A stretch of 63,370 nt of DNA, counting the filler, from Octopus bimaculoides (Eukaryota), in assembly GCF_001194135.2 (NCBI RefSeq). It is 9 parts of 7 records of this genome, joined end to end, with 100 filler letters (N's around TTAATTAATTAA, not from the genome) between each part and the next. Parts side by side here need not be neighbours in the genome. Positions count along the whole stretch, not along the records: positions 21,271 to 38,854 come from NC_068986.1; 8 more parts are not named here. One strand, given 5' to 3'. A program made the position numbers and the translations under genes. The notes beneath the pieces are model-generated. The model was not told where the DNA came from, made no database searches, and saw only the letters and a list, made by a program, of their open reading frames with translations. Below, piece after piece: positions 23,205 through 36,943 of the stretch (positions are counted from its first letter, which is position 1; every line of letters starts with the position of its first letter).

Positions 23205-23822
23205 GTCTAGTATTGTTACTACTTGTATCTCGTTTAGAAATTTTAGAACTAGCTACTTTGCTCCTTATCATTTTTAGATTACTGATTTAAAATAGATAAT
23301 AGACCTGAGACATCTATTTGAAAAATATGGGTACTTGGTTCTTAATGATTCTTAATTTTTCAATGATATATTTCAATTATGAAGTTAACCAAAGGATTTC
23401 TTATTGATTAGCAAAGATTATCATTCTTAAATGATGTTAAAATTGGGAAGTAGGGAAGATAAATTTACTTTTGTATGTATTTTTCTGCTCCACTTCTTGA
23501 GATCAGAGAGATGAAATTGAAATCCTTCAGTTATCAGAGAATATTGTGTTCCGGTTGACACGGTTTACTGTAATTCTGTAATGTTTATAGAACTGTTTCA
23601 AGCTCGGTTTACATAGTAATACCCCTTGTGAATTCAATCATCCCCGAAGAAATCATTTTTATTCAGATTATATAAAAGGATAATCATCTTATCTATTCAT
23701 ATATAACTCTTCTTTGTATGGAAATTGTTATTTTAAAGAGCAGTGAATTAAAGTTAAAAGCATGACGTATAATGTTAATTGTCTGATAAACATATGGTAT
23801 TATAACGATAACTCATTAACCA

Positions 23823-24086
23823 GGTCGTGAATATGCAGCTGCAATAGTCAGGGCTAAGTCGTGAGTATGTGGCTACAATTATCTGGCGTTGGTCGTGAGT
23901 ATGTGGCTACAATTATCTGGGGTTCGTCGAGAATATGTGGCTACAATTATCTGGCGTTGGTCGAGAGTATGTGACTGCAATTATCAGGGGCAGGTCATGA
24001 GTATGCGGCTGCAGTTTTCAAAGGTAGGGCGTGAATATGTGGCTGCAATTATCAGGGCTAGGTCTTGATTATGCGGCTGCGATTAT
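23823..24086. repeat. 34-bp minisatellite, ~8 diverged copies
   Basis: Unit GGTCGTGAGTATGTGGCTACAATTATCTGGCGTT starts at 23823, 23857, 23891, 23925, 23959, 23993, 24027 and 24061. Confidence 0.95.
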
Positions 24087-24599
24087 TATGCATGGAGGCT
24101 ATTAATTTTTGTTATCTTACGGTCTTCCTTTTTCTGATTATTGGAGATGATATGATACGGTGAGATTTTAGATTCTTACCGCTTCGCTTTTAGAGAGTTT
24201 AATGTTCCCATAATCATTTGCAATATTTACTTCGAAGAAATATAACATTGGTTTAATGGAAATCTTGAATGATAAAAATAAATAAATTTTGGAAACGGAT
24301 ATTATTTTCCACTAGCACTACAAGGTTTTCAGAAACTACCATGGAAAATATTCTAGTAAGAAAAAAGTCACTTATACTCCGCCTAAATCCATCAGGGCAA
24401 GCAACAAAGACACTGGGTTTTCTTTCTGACTACAAATACAGTCAATTGAAAAGCGGTGTTCAAAAATAGCGAGTAAATAAACCGATTATTTTCCTTTAAA
24501 AGGTTTTCATGTTAAAGTTTTCACCTTTCAATACTCTATCAAAAGACTGTTACATATTCCAACTTTAATTGTAACAAAAGGTGACCTTTTTGTCGGAAG

Positions 24600-24945
24600 T
24601 TTGCTTCCAATTACTGGTTTCGGGTTCAGTCCCACTGAGTGCCACTTTGGACAAGTATCTTCTAATCATCTCTTGTGAGTGAATTTGGTAGACGGAAACT
24701 GCACAGAAGCCTATCGCATATGCGTGTGTGTGTGCATGTGCTTGCATTTGTGTTTGTCCACAACTTACTGCTTGGAAACCAATGTTGGTTTGTTTACGTC
24801 CACGTGACTTAGTGATTTGGCAATAAAGCTCGATATAATAAGTATCAGACTTACAAATTAAGTACTGAGGTCGATTTGCACGACTAAAACCCTTGAAGGT
24901 GGTGCCCAAGCATGGCCGCAGTCTAATGACTGAAGCAAGTAAAAG
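24600..24945 (+). mobile_element. SINE family A, near full length with internal (TG)n
   Basis: GGGTTCAGTCCC B-box-like, CTTTGGACAAGT core, TTTGGTAGACGGAAACTG, 3' CAGCATGGCCGCAGTC.AATGACTGAA.CAAGTAAAAGA. Confidence 0.85.
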
Positions 24946-25339
24946 ATAAAAGCTACGTTCATCTAAAACAACTCTGGGCCATCCCGAGTCGCGAAGACAA
25001 AGTCTTTTAGTTTTGAAACATTTTATAAAATGCCAAATGTTCACGGATATGCCACACAATAAACCATGGGGGGAATAAGGGTCACAACACAACATTTACT
25101 GCAAACAAAAAACTGCGGACAGTTTCTAAGAAATGAAGCAAAACATTAATTTTATTAAATTTTTGAAAATTCGTTTATTTAAATACCTTAAGGAAAGTAT
25201 TGCTGCACGTTGATGTAATCTCCATAACCCTTTTATCTTTGAGAATCAAAATTGTCCAGAATGTTAAAAGGTTGGGGGCTGCTGGTCTGAAAAATGCGAG
25301 GTGGTTATTTTCCTCTATTTTTCTCATTAATGTTAAACA

Positions 25340-25500
25340 GGTGTGGCTGAGTGGTAAGAAGCTAGTATCCCAACTACATAGTTACGGGTTCAGTCCCGCT
25401 GCGTGACACCTTGGACAAGTGCTTTTTACAATAGCCTCGGGCTGACTAAAGCCTTGTGAGTGAATTTCGTAGACAGAAACAGAAAGAAGCCTATCATATA
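25340..25500 (+). mobile_element. SINE family A, 5' half
   Basis: GTGGCTGAGTGGTAAGAAGCT (A box), GGGTTCAGTCCC (B box), CACCTTGGACAAGT; ends in (TA)n. Confidence 0.85.
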
Positions 25501-25501
25501 C

Positions 25502-25550
<49 letters not shown>

Positions 25551-27649
25551 TATATATATAATCAATACAAACTTTTTTGGTTTTTAATTGCTAGCGAGTC
25601 ACTCATACTATAATGTGTTTAATATATATTAATATATTAATATATCATTGTAGTATCTTTTTGTGTTGATAATATACACTCTAACCGTTTGAATTCTGGT
25701 GCTTGCTTATCAACAGTTTTCTATTTTCACTAACTATTATGAAGCAAACTATTTCTTTTAACCCTGATTAGTTGGTAGATGTTTCTGAAGAGAAACAAGA
25801 CCTCATTGGTTAAATTTCGAAATCACGCGATAAAGCTTTGTCTAACTATTTCTTTTTGTGAAATATCATTTTAGCTTGCTGTGCCTGCTTCCGGTAAGTA
25901 TAATGAGGTTAGTGTTTATTGTGGCTTTCAGAGTTAGCACTATTACTGTTGTAACACTCTCCCAGAACTATCACCAATGTAACGGTCTTTTCATGTTGCC
26001 TCCCACGTAACAGTCTCTTTAAATTATCATTCTTGTGATAGTTTCCTCAGACTACCACCATCAAAGATGCCAAGTTTAAACATTAAAAAGTATATTTATG
26101 AGAAATTACAAAAAGTCATATAAGGGGCAATAAACAATTTATTCATCATCAAGTGAAGCAGAAAACATGAAATGAAAGACAAATTTACATTGGGAACAGT
26201 TTACAGATAAACAAAAAAAGTTAGGGAAAAAATCATTTTTGAGTCACATTCAAAGCATAACATCTAGAATGGTAAACATAAAGATAAGGACAAAAATTTA
26301 GAATCAAAAAATTGATTAGTTGTATTGAATGCAATACTTGACTAGTTTTTATCTTATTGACCTCCATAAGGAACATTGACAAAATCGTTTTGTCCGGCAC
26401 ACCACTGATTCTGCCAATCCGTAAGAATAAGGTCTTTTAATAGTGGTACAAGGCTCCTGTCATTTCAGATGAAAGTATAGTTAATTCATGCAATCCCAAC
26501 AATTCATTAGTATTTTTTTATGTTAGTCATTTTTTATGTTAGTCGATAGTCACAGAGAGTGGATGAAAAGTATAGTTGACTAAAATAATAATTTACTTAG
26601 CCTTAATCCAAAAATTTATGAAGAAAAGTCAATGAGAAGCATTAGCAGTGTATTTGAAATCAGATACAAACAGAAATTCAAATAATTCCTTTAAGTTGTC
26701 ACTCAGCAAACAGATTGTGTCTTTGCTACCCATGAGCAACAGACAGCTACTACATACATGATAGGAAGTATCGATTATGCCATATCTATGTAGAAGATAT
26801 CACTTGTAACATCAGAAGCTGCCCGAACATGTCAACAAGATACTACCTCTCATGAGGTAACAAAACATCACGAAGACAGTTCGCAATGCTATACTTAAAA
26901 TGATTGTCTTGTCGGTCATGCAAAAGGCACACTAAAACCCTCTGGCGGAACTTCCAGATAAAAAGGGCAACCTAGTGTCAACACAACAGGATAAATATGA
27001 TTGTATAGCGTGCGGGGAGTGAACGTCGTGCTTTTTTGTAGAAATTATGTTAAGCAAATGTAAATGTCCCTTCAAAAATTGGGGAAAATAATAACATCTA
27101 TGGAAAAATTATGAGAAAATTTGAGCTCTTTATCCAGGCTAGAAATTTATTTCTATTACCATAGGTGCATCGGGCTTCATAACACCAGTTCTGCATAGGA
27201 ATTTTAAAATGCCTAACTTCCCCGAAAGCGAACAGAGCAGACTGATTCACATTTTTCATATCCAACCGATCTGAGTTACAGTGAAATTTTGCAAAATCAT
27301 TTTACAGATTCTACTTTTGAAGTTCCTGGATAAGCATATGCACACAATCACATATGCAAATTGGATACATAAGCACGTGTTTATTGTGACATGCACACCC
27401 ACAAGTGCAAGTATGTTCTCGCACAAACACACACGCTCAACACGCATGCATATATCCATACATCAAAAGTTCAGATAGCTACAAGCTCCAAAGTCTGTCT
27501 TGACTAAAACAAAAGAGCCTTACCCCTTCGCTAATGACCAACTTAAATACTGCAAAGGAAAATCTTAAAATCTATCCCAAAGAAAACATATTTACATGCA
27601 TGCATACATACATTACTTACAAGCGACTACAGCTATGTATCACGCATGC

Positions 27650-28022
27650 TTTCGGTTGCTTCCCAGCCACGTGGTTTCGGGTTTAATCCTACTGTGTAGC
27701 ATCTCGGTCAAGTGTCTTCTACTATAGCCGCGGGCTGAACAAAGTCTTGTAAGTGGATGTGGTAGACGAAAACTTAAAGAAGCCCTTCGTATGTGTGTGT
27801 ATATGTGTGTGTGCCTTTATGTTCGTCCCACACCATCGCTTGACAAGCTGTGTTGGTGTGTTTATGTCGCTGTAAGATAGCGGTTCAGCCAAAGGGTGCA
27901 ATAGAATAAGTATTAGGCTTTAAAAAAATAAGTAATGGGTGTCGATCCATTTGACTAAGAAGATCTTCAAGGCTGTCCCTTAGCATGGTCACAGTTTAAT
28001 GACTGAAACAAGTAAAAGATAA
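27650..28022 (+). mobile_element. SINE family A, near full length
   Basis: Same head, core, internal microsatellite and 3' end as the 24.6 kb copy. Confidence 0.85.
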
Positions 28023-28225
28023 AAAACATACATACATACATACACCCCCACAGATACACCCACACATACATACATACATACATACAGCCTTCGCTTGCAA
28101 TGGAGTATGACCAGATATCATGCTTTTGTTAATTCATTTAGTTGCCCTACTTACGATATGACACAGACAGGGCTATGTCAACTCTTAACCGAGTGGGACA
28201 ACATTGCAAGTATTATATACACCCC

Positions 28226-28293
<68 letters not shown>

Positions 28294-29154
28294 NNNNNNN
28301 NNNNNNNNNNNNNNNNNNNNNNNNNNNNNNNNNNNNNNNNNNNNNNNNNNNNNNNNNNNNNNNNNNNNNNNNNNNNNNNNNNNNNNNNNNNNNNNNNNNN
28401 NNNNNNNNNNNNNNNNNNNNNNNNNNNNNNNNNNNNNNNNNNNNNNNNNNNNNNNNNNNNNNNNNNNNNNNNNNNNNNNNNNNNNNNNNNNNNNNNNNTA
28501 TATATATATATATATATATTCAAACCATTTAATTAAATTGAGAGAACAGTTAAAAGCCAGCCTGTGTGTGTATAAAAAAATTCTAATTCATTCAACTACA
28601 TCTTTCTCATACATATCATATCACTGACTATAAAAATATATCTTAACCAAAAAAAAAAACCTATTTACTTAAATCGTATGTATTATCATATCAATAACTG
28701 TATACGTAAAGATCTTCCAACAACTTATAAAATATTGATCAAATTTTGAAAAACTAATCTTCACAAGCCTGAATGAAGAAAATTGGCTGATGAAAAGCTT
28801 AAGGAATCGATTGGCAAATTATACTGCTAGTTAAATATAAATGGATTTCTTTTTTGTCTTCTTTGCTGGTGGTGATTTTGAACGACGATCGGAGAATCAA
28901 GTTAGTTTTCCAAAACTATGTGTACATTTTGGGTATCGAATATCTCCAAAACTCTGGATGACTAAGAAATATAGGAAATATTTTTCAGGAAGAAATTCGA
29001 TAAATCATTGAAACTGAAGTGAATAGTCTTTTGAAGAATGCCAAATGTAATTCTTAACTTCTTTCTTTTGAATAATTCGAAATGAAATCATATTAAAAGA
29101 TATAAGAACTCACTAACATACACCCACATATAAATGTACAAAAATGCACGCACG

Positions 29155-29192
<38 letters not shown>

Positions 29193-29789
29193 ATACACAC
29201 ACACACCCACATACATACATACACACACGCACGCAAATGCATGCAAACAGATATATACATGCGCCTATACGCCAGGTACACACTATGAATATGTAAATGT
29301 ATACTCACAAACATACACAAATGCACAATATACAAACACCCACACAAACTAAAACATCCATGCTCCTTTGCTTATCTTCATCTAGTGATGATCATCTTAA
29401 TTTATGGAGCCTTTTATGAGTATACGTCTTCCATCGACATACTCACGACGTGTAGTTTCGGAAACAAACTTTAACATGTCCTGTTGCTGAGGCTGTGTGT
29501 ACGCTCAGCATACGTGCCTCTTTTCTCACTTTACCTGATAATGTTGTGAGTACATCTTCGACCCTCACCTCCAACAGTAAAACTCAGGAAGTGAAAGGTT
29601 GGTAGGGATCTCTGACACTCTTGAACTTCTTTTCAAAGTGATTTTAAGCTTACCTTAGAGCCTTTTCTTTCATTCTCCAGCTAGATGATAACCACAGTAT
29701 AGTTGGCAATAGAAAATTATATGAAGGAAATTCTGAGTTAGACATGCGCACAACATACTGAACCATATCATCTAATCCAGTTTTGTACA

Positions 29790-31010
29790 GACTTGGTGTT
29801 ACAGGATTTCAATGTGCATAGTTCTTTCTTACCATGTATCCGAAAGATTCTTCTGGAAGCAGTCTCTGTTAACAACCTACAGGGTCTTAATTTATCGAGT
29901 ATGTGCGGTCCAGGTCACGCACCCACTAGGCAATTTTCACTCTCCTGAATGGAAATACAAACTGCGCGACAGGCCTGTATTTCGGTATGGAGGCTCAAAT
30001 GCTTGATTAGAAAGACTATCATTCTGATCTTATTAATGGATACAGATGGCTTTTTGAAGCAGTTTAAAATTCCCTTGTCCAATGTGCAGTTGTTGAAGAT
30101 GCCACTGCTTCAGTATCAGAATTGGGCAATGTGACTAGTCGTCGCTGGTGTACTGAGAAAGAAGCGGAGAGAGAGAATGGTGCAGCTGGCCATTAGAATA
30201 CGATCGTAGTTTTCTGAATGTTAACTGTTATACGCAGTATCGGCTATTGAGATGAGTCAATGGCTTCCAGAGTATGATCTGATTCCACACTTCTCTGATG
30301 TAGCGATGAAGTCCCTTTGTGCAAAGGTAACGACACTCCTTCAAAATCCTATTGGAATTTCGTCCGAGCCATAAAAAATCTAGACAAGCCACTAGACAAG
30401 CCACTAGACAAGCCACTAGACAAGCCACTAGACAAGCCACTAGACAAGCCACTAGACTTAGTACTGCCAACAGAATGCCAAAAAGTGAAAATCTAGATCG
30501 GATGATATTCCATCAGGGATTTTGAATGAGTATGGTTATCTTTGCGTAAGAACTCTTCGTCATTAAGACACAGAGGCTTAAAAAGAACTCTGCTGCTGAA
30601 AACACCCAGAAATATGTACCTAAACATAATAATCAAAAGTAGAGATGTAGCATTTTGGGGGGAAGGTTCTGGGCAATGTCTTACTCAAAAGATTGACTCA
30701 TCAAATATCAGAACGCATCACACCAGATTCACAGTGTGGCTTTCGCGAAGAACGAGACTAGATCATCTTTGTTACAGGGCTGCTGCATTAAGGTATCAAC
30801 ATCAGGTTACCTTCATTGAGTTTGTAGAACTGTCCAAATCCTTTGACAATATAAACGGAACTTTCATGAGATGTTCTCAGAAAGTTTGCTTGCCTGCCTA
30901 AATTTCTGAATCTTCAGTGTCAACCCACACAGGGATGACGGCCCGAATTTTTGTTGGAGGGCAGAAGTCTTTGTCATTCAATGTAAAAGCAGGCAAGGTA
31001 AGGTTGCTTT
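29790..31010. pseudogene. Scrambled, highly decayed RTE-like LINE fragments (C-terminal +, RT-start -, RT core +)
   Basis: Minus 30228-30375: GSDEIP/ILKECRYL..LHRYIREVW. Plus 30640-31010: FIEFVELSKSFDN..HTGMTARIFVGGQKSLSFNVKAG. The 29790-30170 piece is only weakly RTE-like. Confidence 0.55.
30381..30457. repeat. Perfect 12-bp tandem repeat (TAGACAAGCCAC)x6.4
   Basis: Direct inspection. Confidence 0.95.
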
Positions 31011-32629
31011 ATATAGTCCCCATCTGCACGACCACGCTGTTGCCCAGATGAATGGAAACCTCTAATTACCATTTGGGTAATTATAACTCCCAGAATACAA
31101 GCTATTAATTCGTATGAGGTATTAATTCTGTGTAAACACAATACTGTGAATCAATTATTTTCGTAGATCTGAACTAAGTGGTGACCTACAGGCTTCTAAT
31201 TTTGAAAAGTTTCTTATCAAGTTCGACCTTAACAGTAACGTTTAAGTATTTCTAATGTTTGCATATAGATATTAGTGAAGATGCAATATAGTAAATAAAG
31301 TAAATAAAAATAACCTTAAAAATGGGTAAAGAAAGAAAATAAGGATTTTAAAAAATCAATAATAAATATAAATTAAGGGAAAATATAAATGTATGTAAAA
31401 TGCATATAGTATAAAATTTAAATGAAAGAAAAGAGTAATACTTAAATATGCAAGGGAAGAATTATATAATAAAATAAATGAAGGATGAGTTAGATCGTAA
31501 AAAAATCATTAGTCAACCGTTATAGATAGATTATTTGCATTGGTTTGGTAATAATACAGTTCAAGAAAACTAGAGATGAGCAGCGCTCACATCATTATGT
31601 GTCATATTTAAAATCAAGGATAGATAAAAGTTTGAAAAATTGACCGTTAAGATGTGTATCTTGTCATCCTTATTTATAAACCGTTAGTCATCAATATATA
31701 AAAAATGTATATATTCAAATTAATGTGCTTACACATTGGTACACACACACACACACACACACACATATGCATATATATGCATATACATACACATATATAC
31801 AAATGTATACATATACTCTCGTACATGCACACAATCGTTTATCAACACAAATTGTATAGCTATACTCTTTGTCAAAAATATATATTAACTAAATTCTAAA
31901 AGATAAGTTGTTAGAGTTATGTTATGGGGAGCTTAATATTTAGAATTGTTCGGTTAAGATGTCAGAAAAAAAAATATTGAACGAGGAGATGAAGAAGAAA
32001 AAATAAACTATAATATAATGAAATAAAAAGTAGTAGAGTATGTGGGAGCATGTATTTGGGTATATGTTATAAGGTAGTATAATATACTTGTAATTATTAT
32101 TTACTAGCTGTACAAATATGTAAATTGGAGATAATTTCATTATAAGAAAGAACAGCATATAATGTAATATGAAGAAAAACATTTTCTATATTTATGGATT
32201 ATGGTTGATTCATTGCAAAAGTAAATTGGAACTATTTAGTAGCTAAACCTAGTATTGGTACTTAAATTCAAAGATAACTGAACGAATATGAATTATACTA
32301 TAATTTACTTTACTCTGGAAAAGTTCGAAAGAAATAACCGATATGCAATAAATGTATAGGTAAGGGAATGTTATTTACATATATTACGAAAGAAACAGGA
32401 CTGAATAATTCTTGGAATGAAACTATACACATAACTTATTATGCATGTGTTAGAAATAAATTTTAGAAATAAGTATATTTAGGTAAGATATATAATTATC
32501 TAATGTATAAAATTATAGCAATAAATTCTGGTTCTAATAAAGATCTAATTAGTTCAGTTTCAAATTTAGTAAAGTATTAATGGTTAATAATGAACCTAAC
32601 AATAAGTGATATTAATAAGTACAGAATGA

Positions 32630-33800
32630 TTAATAATATTTATTAAATAGATATTTAGGGGTGTGTAGGCACGGGGAGAACTTTTCAACTATCTCGTTTA
32701 ATAATTTGTTTCTAGAAAAAAAAACATTATAGCGTTCCGATGTGCAGAGTTGACAATTTCTATCTGATGGGTGGGTGGTAAGATTTTGAAGAAAATATAA
32801 TCTTCCATCTAATTTTAAAATTGATATTACTGTCTTTTAATTTCCAAATGAATTTACTAAGGTTAGTCGAAGAACGTTTACCAAAGTTCCTAAAAGAATA
32901 TTTGTGGTTAGCCAGACGGATTTTCATATAAGATTTCGTCGAACCAATTTAGAAAAAGTGTTTACCTTCAGCTTCGATTATAGCTTGGTATACTAAATTC
33001 TTCCGTTTGCAATAATTATTTAATTTATATTGTTCTTTGACCCTACAATCGCAAAACTTACTCAGATTATCACTTTGAATTTACAGGTAGGTTATGGACA
33101 GTAATCTCCCCTTAATTGTTTTTATTCGAATATCGAGACTCAGGTATAAGTGGAACATTTTTTTTTTTTATGGGAAAGAATAGGCTTTCGTTTAACATAA
33201 AAATGATCTAATTTGACAGAATTCATAGAAGGTATACATCTAAACTAATTATAAGAAATAGAATGACCATATCTGAAATGTTAACTCTGAATTATGTTAC
33301 TATATTTGTTTTTATTACGAGAGAAGTCTTTGTTTATTATTCCATGCATAACTCTAATTAAACTTGTTTTTACTTGTTTAGCGAAGATAATATTCTCTTT
33401 TATTTTATTACTACCAGAAGTTAGATCATGATTTTGCTATAGTAGATTTTATATAAGGTATATAATTTTTATTTCTGTTTATATTGTAAATAGTGCTACA
33501 GTTACCATTATTATTGCTGCATGGACTCATGTTCTTATTGACCGTAACGGAGGCTGATATAACATTTATATATTTTTGATTCTGGTCATAACTTGTTTTA
33601 GGTTTGGTATGCCTGGAGTGTGATATATGTCTGATTATATTGCCATTGTCAGTAAAGGATCAGCTTTAGTCTTCAGGTCTATCTTTTTAATTTCTGCTAC
33701 GCTATTTATATGTTGGTTATTTTTGTTCAATATATCTTTATTGTGAAATCTATTAGAATCGTTACCAGTATTTATTATATTAATCGTAGGCTGGTTATTT
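32630..33800 (-). pseudogene. Naiad-type PLE 3' fragment (Asn-rich linker plus GIY-YIG)
   Basis: FCDCRVKEQYKLNNYCKRKNLVYQAIIE..FF*IGSTK..RLANHKYSFR..STNLSKFIWKLKD..IRWKII..NCQLCTSER..LLNEIVEKFSPCLHTPKYL. The Tyr of YIG is mutated to TAA. Confidence 0.8.
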
Positions 33801-34134
33801 CCCTTGCACCGAAAAAAAGTTCCTGATTACCTTCCCCTGTCTGGAATTCCTTATTTCACAACAACGAAGACATGACAAATAGGTAAAGAAATTTGAGAAA
33901 TTTGGAAAAAAAATACGAAATCGGTTATTTCTCCAAAAACAATGTTACTATATGCAAAATTTTATAACATTTTTCTAATATAACGAATTAAATATATTCT
34001 TTAACTACATAACACAAGCCTTCTGTAGTTTTTTCACTCTATTTTATCTTTTATACATCCAACGACGTACTCTCTCTCTCTCTCTCCCTCTCTCCCTCTC
34101 TCCACACACACACACATATATATATGTGCATAGA

Positions 34135-34368
34135 GGCGGCGAGCTGGCAGAAATGTTAGCACGCCGGGCGAAATGTTTAGCGGTGTTTCGTCTGCTGTAA
34201 CGTTCTGAGTTCAAATTCCACCGAGGTTGACTGTGCCCTTCCTCCTTTCGGGGTAGATAAATTAAGTACCAGTTATGCACTGGAGTCGATGTAATTGACT
34301 TAATCCCTTTCTCTGTCCTTGTTTGTCCCTTCTATGTTTAGCCCCTTGTGGGCAATAATGAAATAATA
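34135..34368 (+). mobile_element. SINE family B, full length
   Basis: GGCGGCGAGCTGGCAGAA head, GAGTTCAAATTCC B box, central and 3' parts. Confidence 0.9.
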
Positions 34369-34453
34369 TATGCATATATATAGATATATATGTATATATA
34401 TTTCGTTTTGGGATTTGGTTTGCAAGATTTTTATGTGATTTTGTGTGTTGAAG

Positions 34454-34733
34454 CATATTCTGTTGTGTCTGGGGAGAGTCATTTTCTTATTGTGCCTTAA
34501 AATTTAACACACTCACCGGTAAAATTTCCACTTATCTTTCTTTTTATTTTCCTAAAATTTTCGTTGCGTCTTACAACCTTCTCAATAGTCTTGACTGACT
34601 ATTGAAAAGGTTGCAAGACGCAACGAAAATTTTAGGAAAATAAAAAGAAAGATAAGTGGAAATTTTACCGGTGAGTGTGTTAAATTTTAAGGCACAATAA
34701 GAAAATGACTCTCCCCAGACACAACAGAATATG
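34454..34733. repeat. Near-perfect 280-bp palindrome (137-bp arms, 6-nt loop)
   Basis: 34454-34590 is the reverse complement of 34597-34733; only two mismatches were seen, both near the loop. Confidence 0.95.
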
Positions 34734-34982
34734 TATATATATATATTTATCATATATATATGCATGTATGTATATGGTGGTTGTCTACTCCTTAAACAGA
34801 GTTTGACCACCTCCTGCACCTACACCTTAGCCCTTTCATGGCGTCTGATGTGGCTTTTTAAACCAGACAGTGTTTTGAAAAAACACCCACACAGATTGCA
34901 CCTCTGATTTGCACTACCAATACCTGCAAGTAAGTTCTGCTCATTGTGGATCCTAACATGTATGTATATATATATATGTATG

Positions 34983-35019
<37 letters not shown>

Positions 35020-35029
35020 NNNNNNNNNN

Positions 35030-35075
<46 letters not shown>

Positions 35076-36189
35076 TAGATAGATATATATATACATGCAT
35101 ATGTATATATATATATACATACATATAATCATAAATATACAGGGATTAGCAATTGAGTTGCTTCTCCAACATACTGAAAATTTAGAAATAGCAGTCAAAG
35201 AACTACTGATTCCAAACTAGAAACGGCAAGACAACAAAAGAATGAAAGAAACCTCGATATTATGTAAATAGAGAAATTTATCTGTAAATATATGTGACAA
35301 TTATTCGGTAGCCATCATAAAACTCCGAGATCCGGATGTCAGGGCGGAAACCCACGCCGGCTTCTCTTCAGTTATCCGGCCATCGAAAAAAGTGCTATGA
35401 AAATGACCGTTAAACAAAGGGAAATTACTGTATGATTGACCGTTATTAAGACAAAAGAGATATTAGAATGACCGCTAAGTAAGGGGAGGGAGTAAAAATG
35501 TTCATAGTAATCGCGTAAGCGCGCATGTCCATACATACACATGCGCACCCGCACACCCACGTATATGCGCCTATATGTATATACTCTTCCACCCTCACTT
35601 GAAACACACATGCTCACCCACACATTCGCCAAAAAATATATACATACCTGCATACACGCTCGCACACACACACACACACACACACGCACACAAAAAGGTT
35701 CATACACAGGTCTATATACGGACATGCACAAGAAAAAACAGGGCTAAAGGCAAAACACAGAAAAATGTGTAAAAACAGGTGTAAAAAATAAGCAATAAGA
35801 GTAAAATACTTCTATATACATACATACTCGCATGCACGCACATACACGTCTATATACACACATACCCGCACACGTCTTTATACGCACACACACGCACAAA
35901 AAAGGTTCATAGACACGTCTATATACGCACATGCACAAAAAGAAACAAGGCTAAAGGCAAAACACAGAAAAAAGTGTTAAAAAATCAGCACATACACGCA
36001 TGCGCGCACACACACACGTCTGTATACGCAGAGGAAAATGCATGGTGGAAGGTAGAATACAGAAAAAAATATGGGTAAAAAATATATAAAAAATATATAA
36101 GAAATATAAGTAAAAGTATGGAGAGATGAAAAACTTGTACGTGGACACAATATAGAAAGCAAGTCCCATCTGTAATCTCGCGGGGACCA

Positions 36190-36940
36190 AAAACGTAACA
36201 AATATTTAGCCACATGTGGACATGATCCGAAAAGTTCAGTTCTTGAATTTAGACATGTGGCGGGGTCTAAGCTGCTTTCCCAGATGAGCTATCTTTCTAT
36301 ATCACAAAGACCGCACTTTCCACTGCCGTTGGTGTAGGGCTTACACTTGGCTAAGATCTTCCAATGGATGTTGTGACTGACACCTTTATCTTTTAAGGAC
36401 CATATATGTCTGGATAATTTGGTCATTTTCTTTTTATCCCAGTGCCTGAAGCTCAAGCTGTGATTATTGAACCTGGCCTTGAAATTACCCTCTGTAAGGC
36501 CCACGTATTTCTTCGTCGAACCGTGGCCTTAGTGGACATATAGAGTCTACGGTGGCTTCATAAATGATGGTCTCGGACATGCAAGCTCCATTTAACGAGC
36601 ACAAATTTTTATCCCTGCATGGACAGCTGGTTTCATATTGTGGTTTTTGTGTGTTGTGTGCGATTATATTTTTAAAATTAGTAGTTGAGCTGAAACTGAT
36701 TTTTAAGTTATGTCTATTGAAGAGCTTTCTGTAACTATGTTTGACTGGAAAATGTCTATCTATCAGCGCTAAGAAATACTTGCCTATATTAAAGGTTACT
36801 TCGGGTGAGTTGGTGGGGTGAACCAGATAATTTTCCTATTCCTTTGTTTCCTTTTCTTTATTATTGGATTGGTGGGAGGGAGGTGTATAGGTTATTTCCT
36901 CGCTAAATCCACTATCTTTTAGAGCCTCATTATATACTGG
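36190..36940 (-). pseudogene. Naiad-type PLE 3' fragment (thumb, CxC motif, GIY-YIG); 35200-36190 is probably its 3' UTR/pLTR
   Basis: YNEALKDSGF..RNRKIIWFTPP..NIGKYFLALIDRHFP..LFNRHNLKISFS..SCPCRDKNLCSLNGAC..IIYEATV..YVGLTEGNFKARFNNH..LSRHIWSLK..CGLCDIER*..LNSRTELFGSCPH. Confidence 0.9.
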
Positions 36941-36943
36941 GCG

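Noticed and set aside
23823-24086. CRISPR-like array
   Set aside because: Tandem units have no unique spacers, and the context is eukaryotic; the same applies to 42703-42930.
24269-24469. Second Tc1 fragment (FWKRILFS)
   Set aside because: Single short motif with no following DE and no other transposase motifs.
35325-35385. Hammerhead at the 3' side of the 36 kb Naiad
   Set aside because: CTGAAGA plus a 6-bp stem is present on minus, but there is no GAAA after the stem.
10997-36640. Selenoprotein (UGA-Sec) recoding in Naiad elements
   Set aside because: Some Naiads are reported to use UGA at conserved Cys positions. In all three GIY-YIG copies here the CxC..C codons are TGT/TGC or point mutants (CGT, TAT), and no convincing SECIS was seen.
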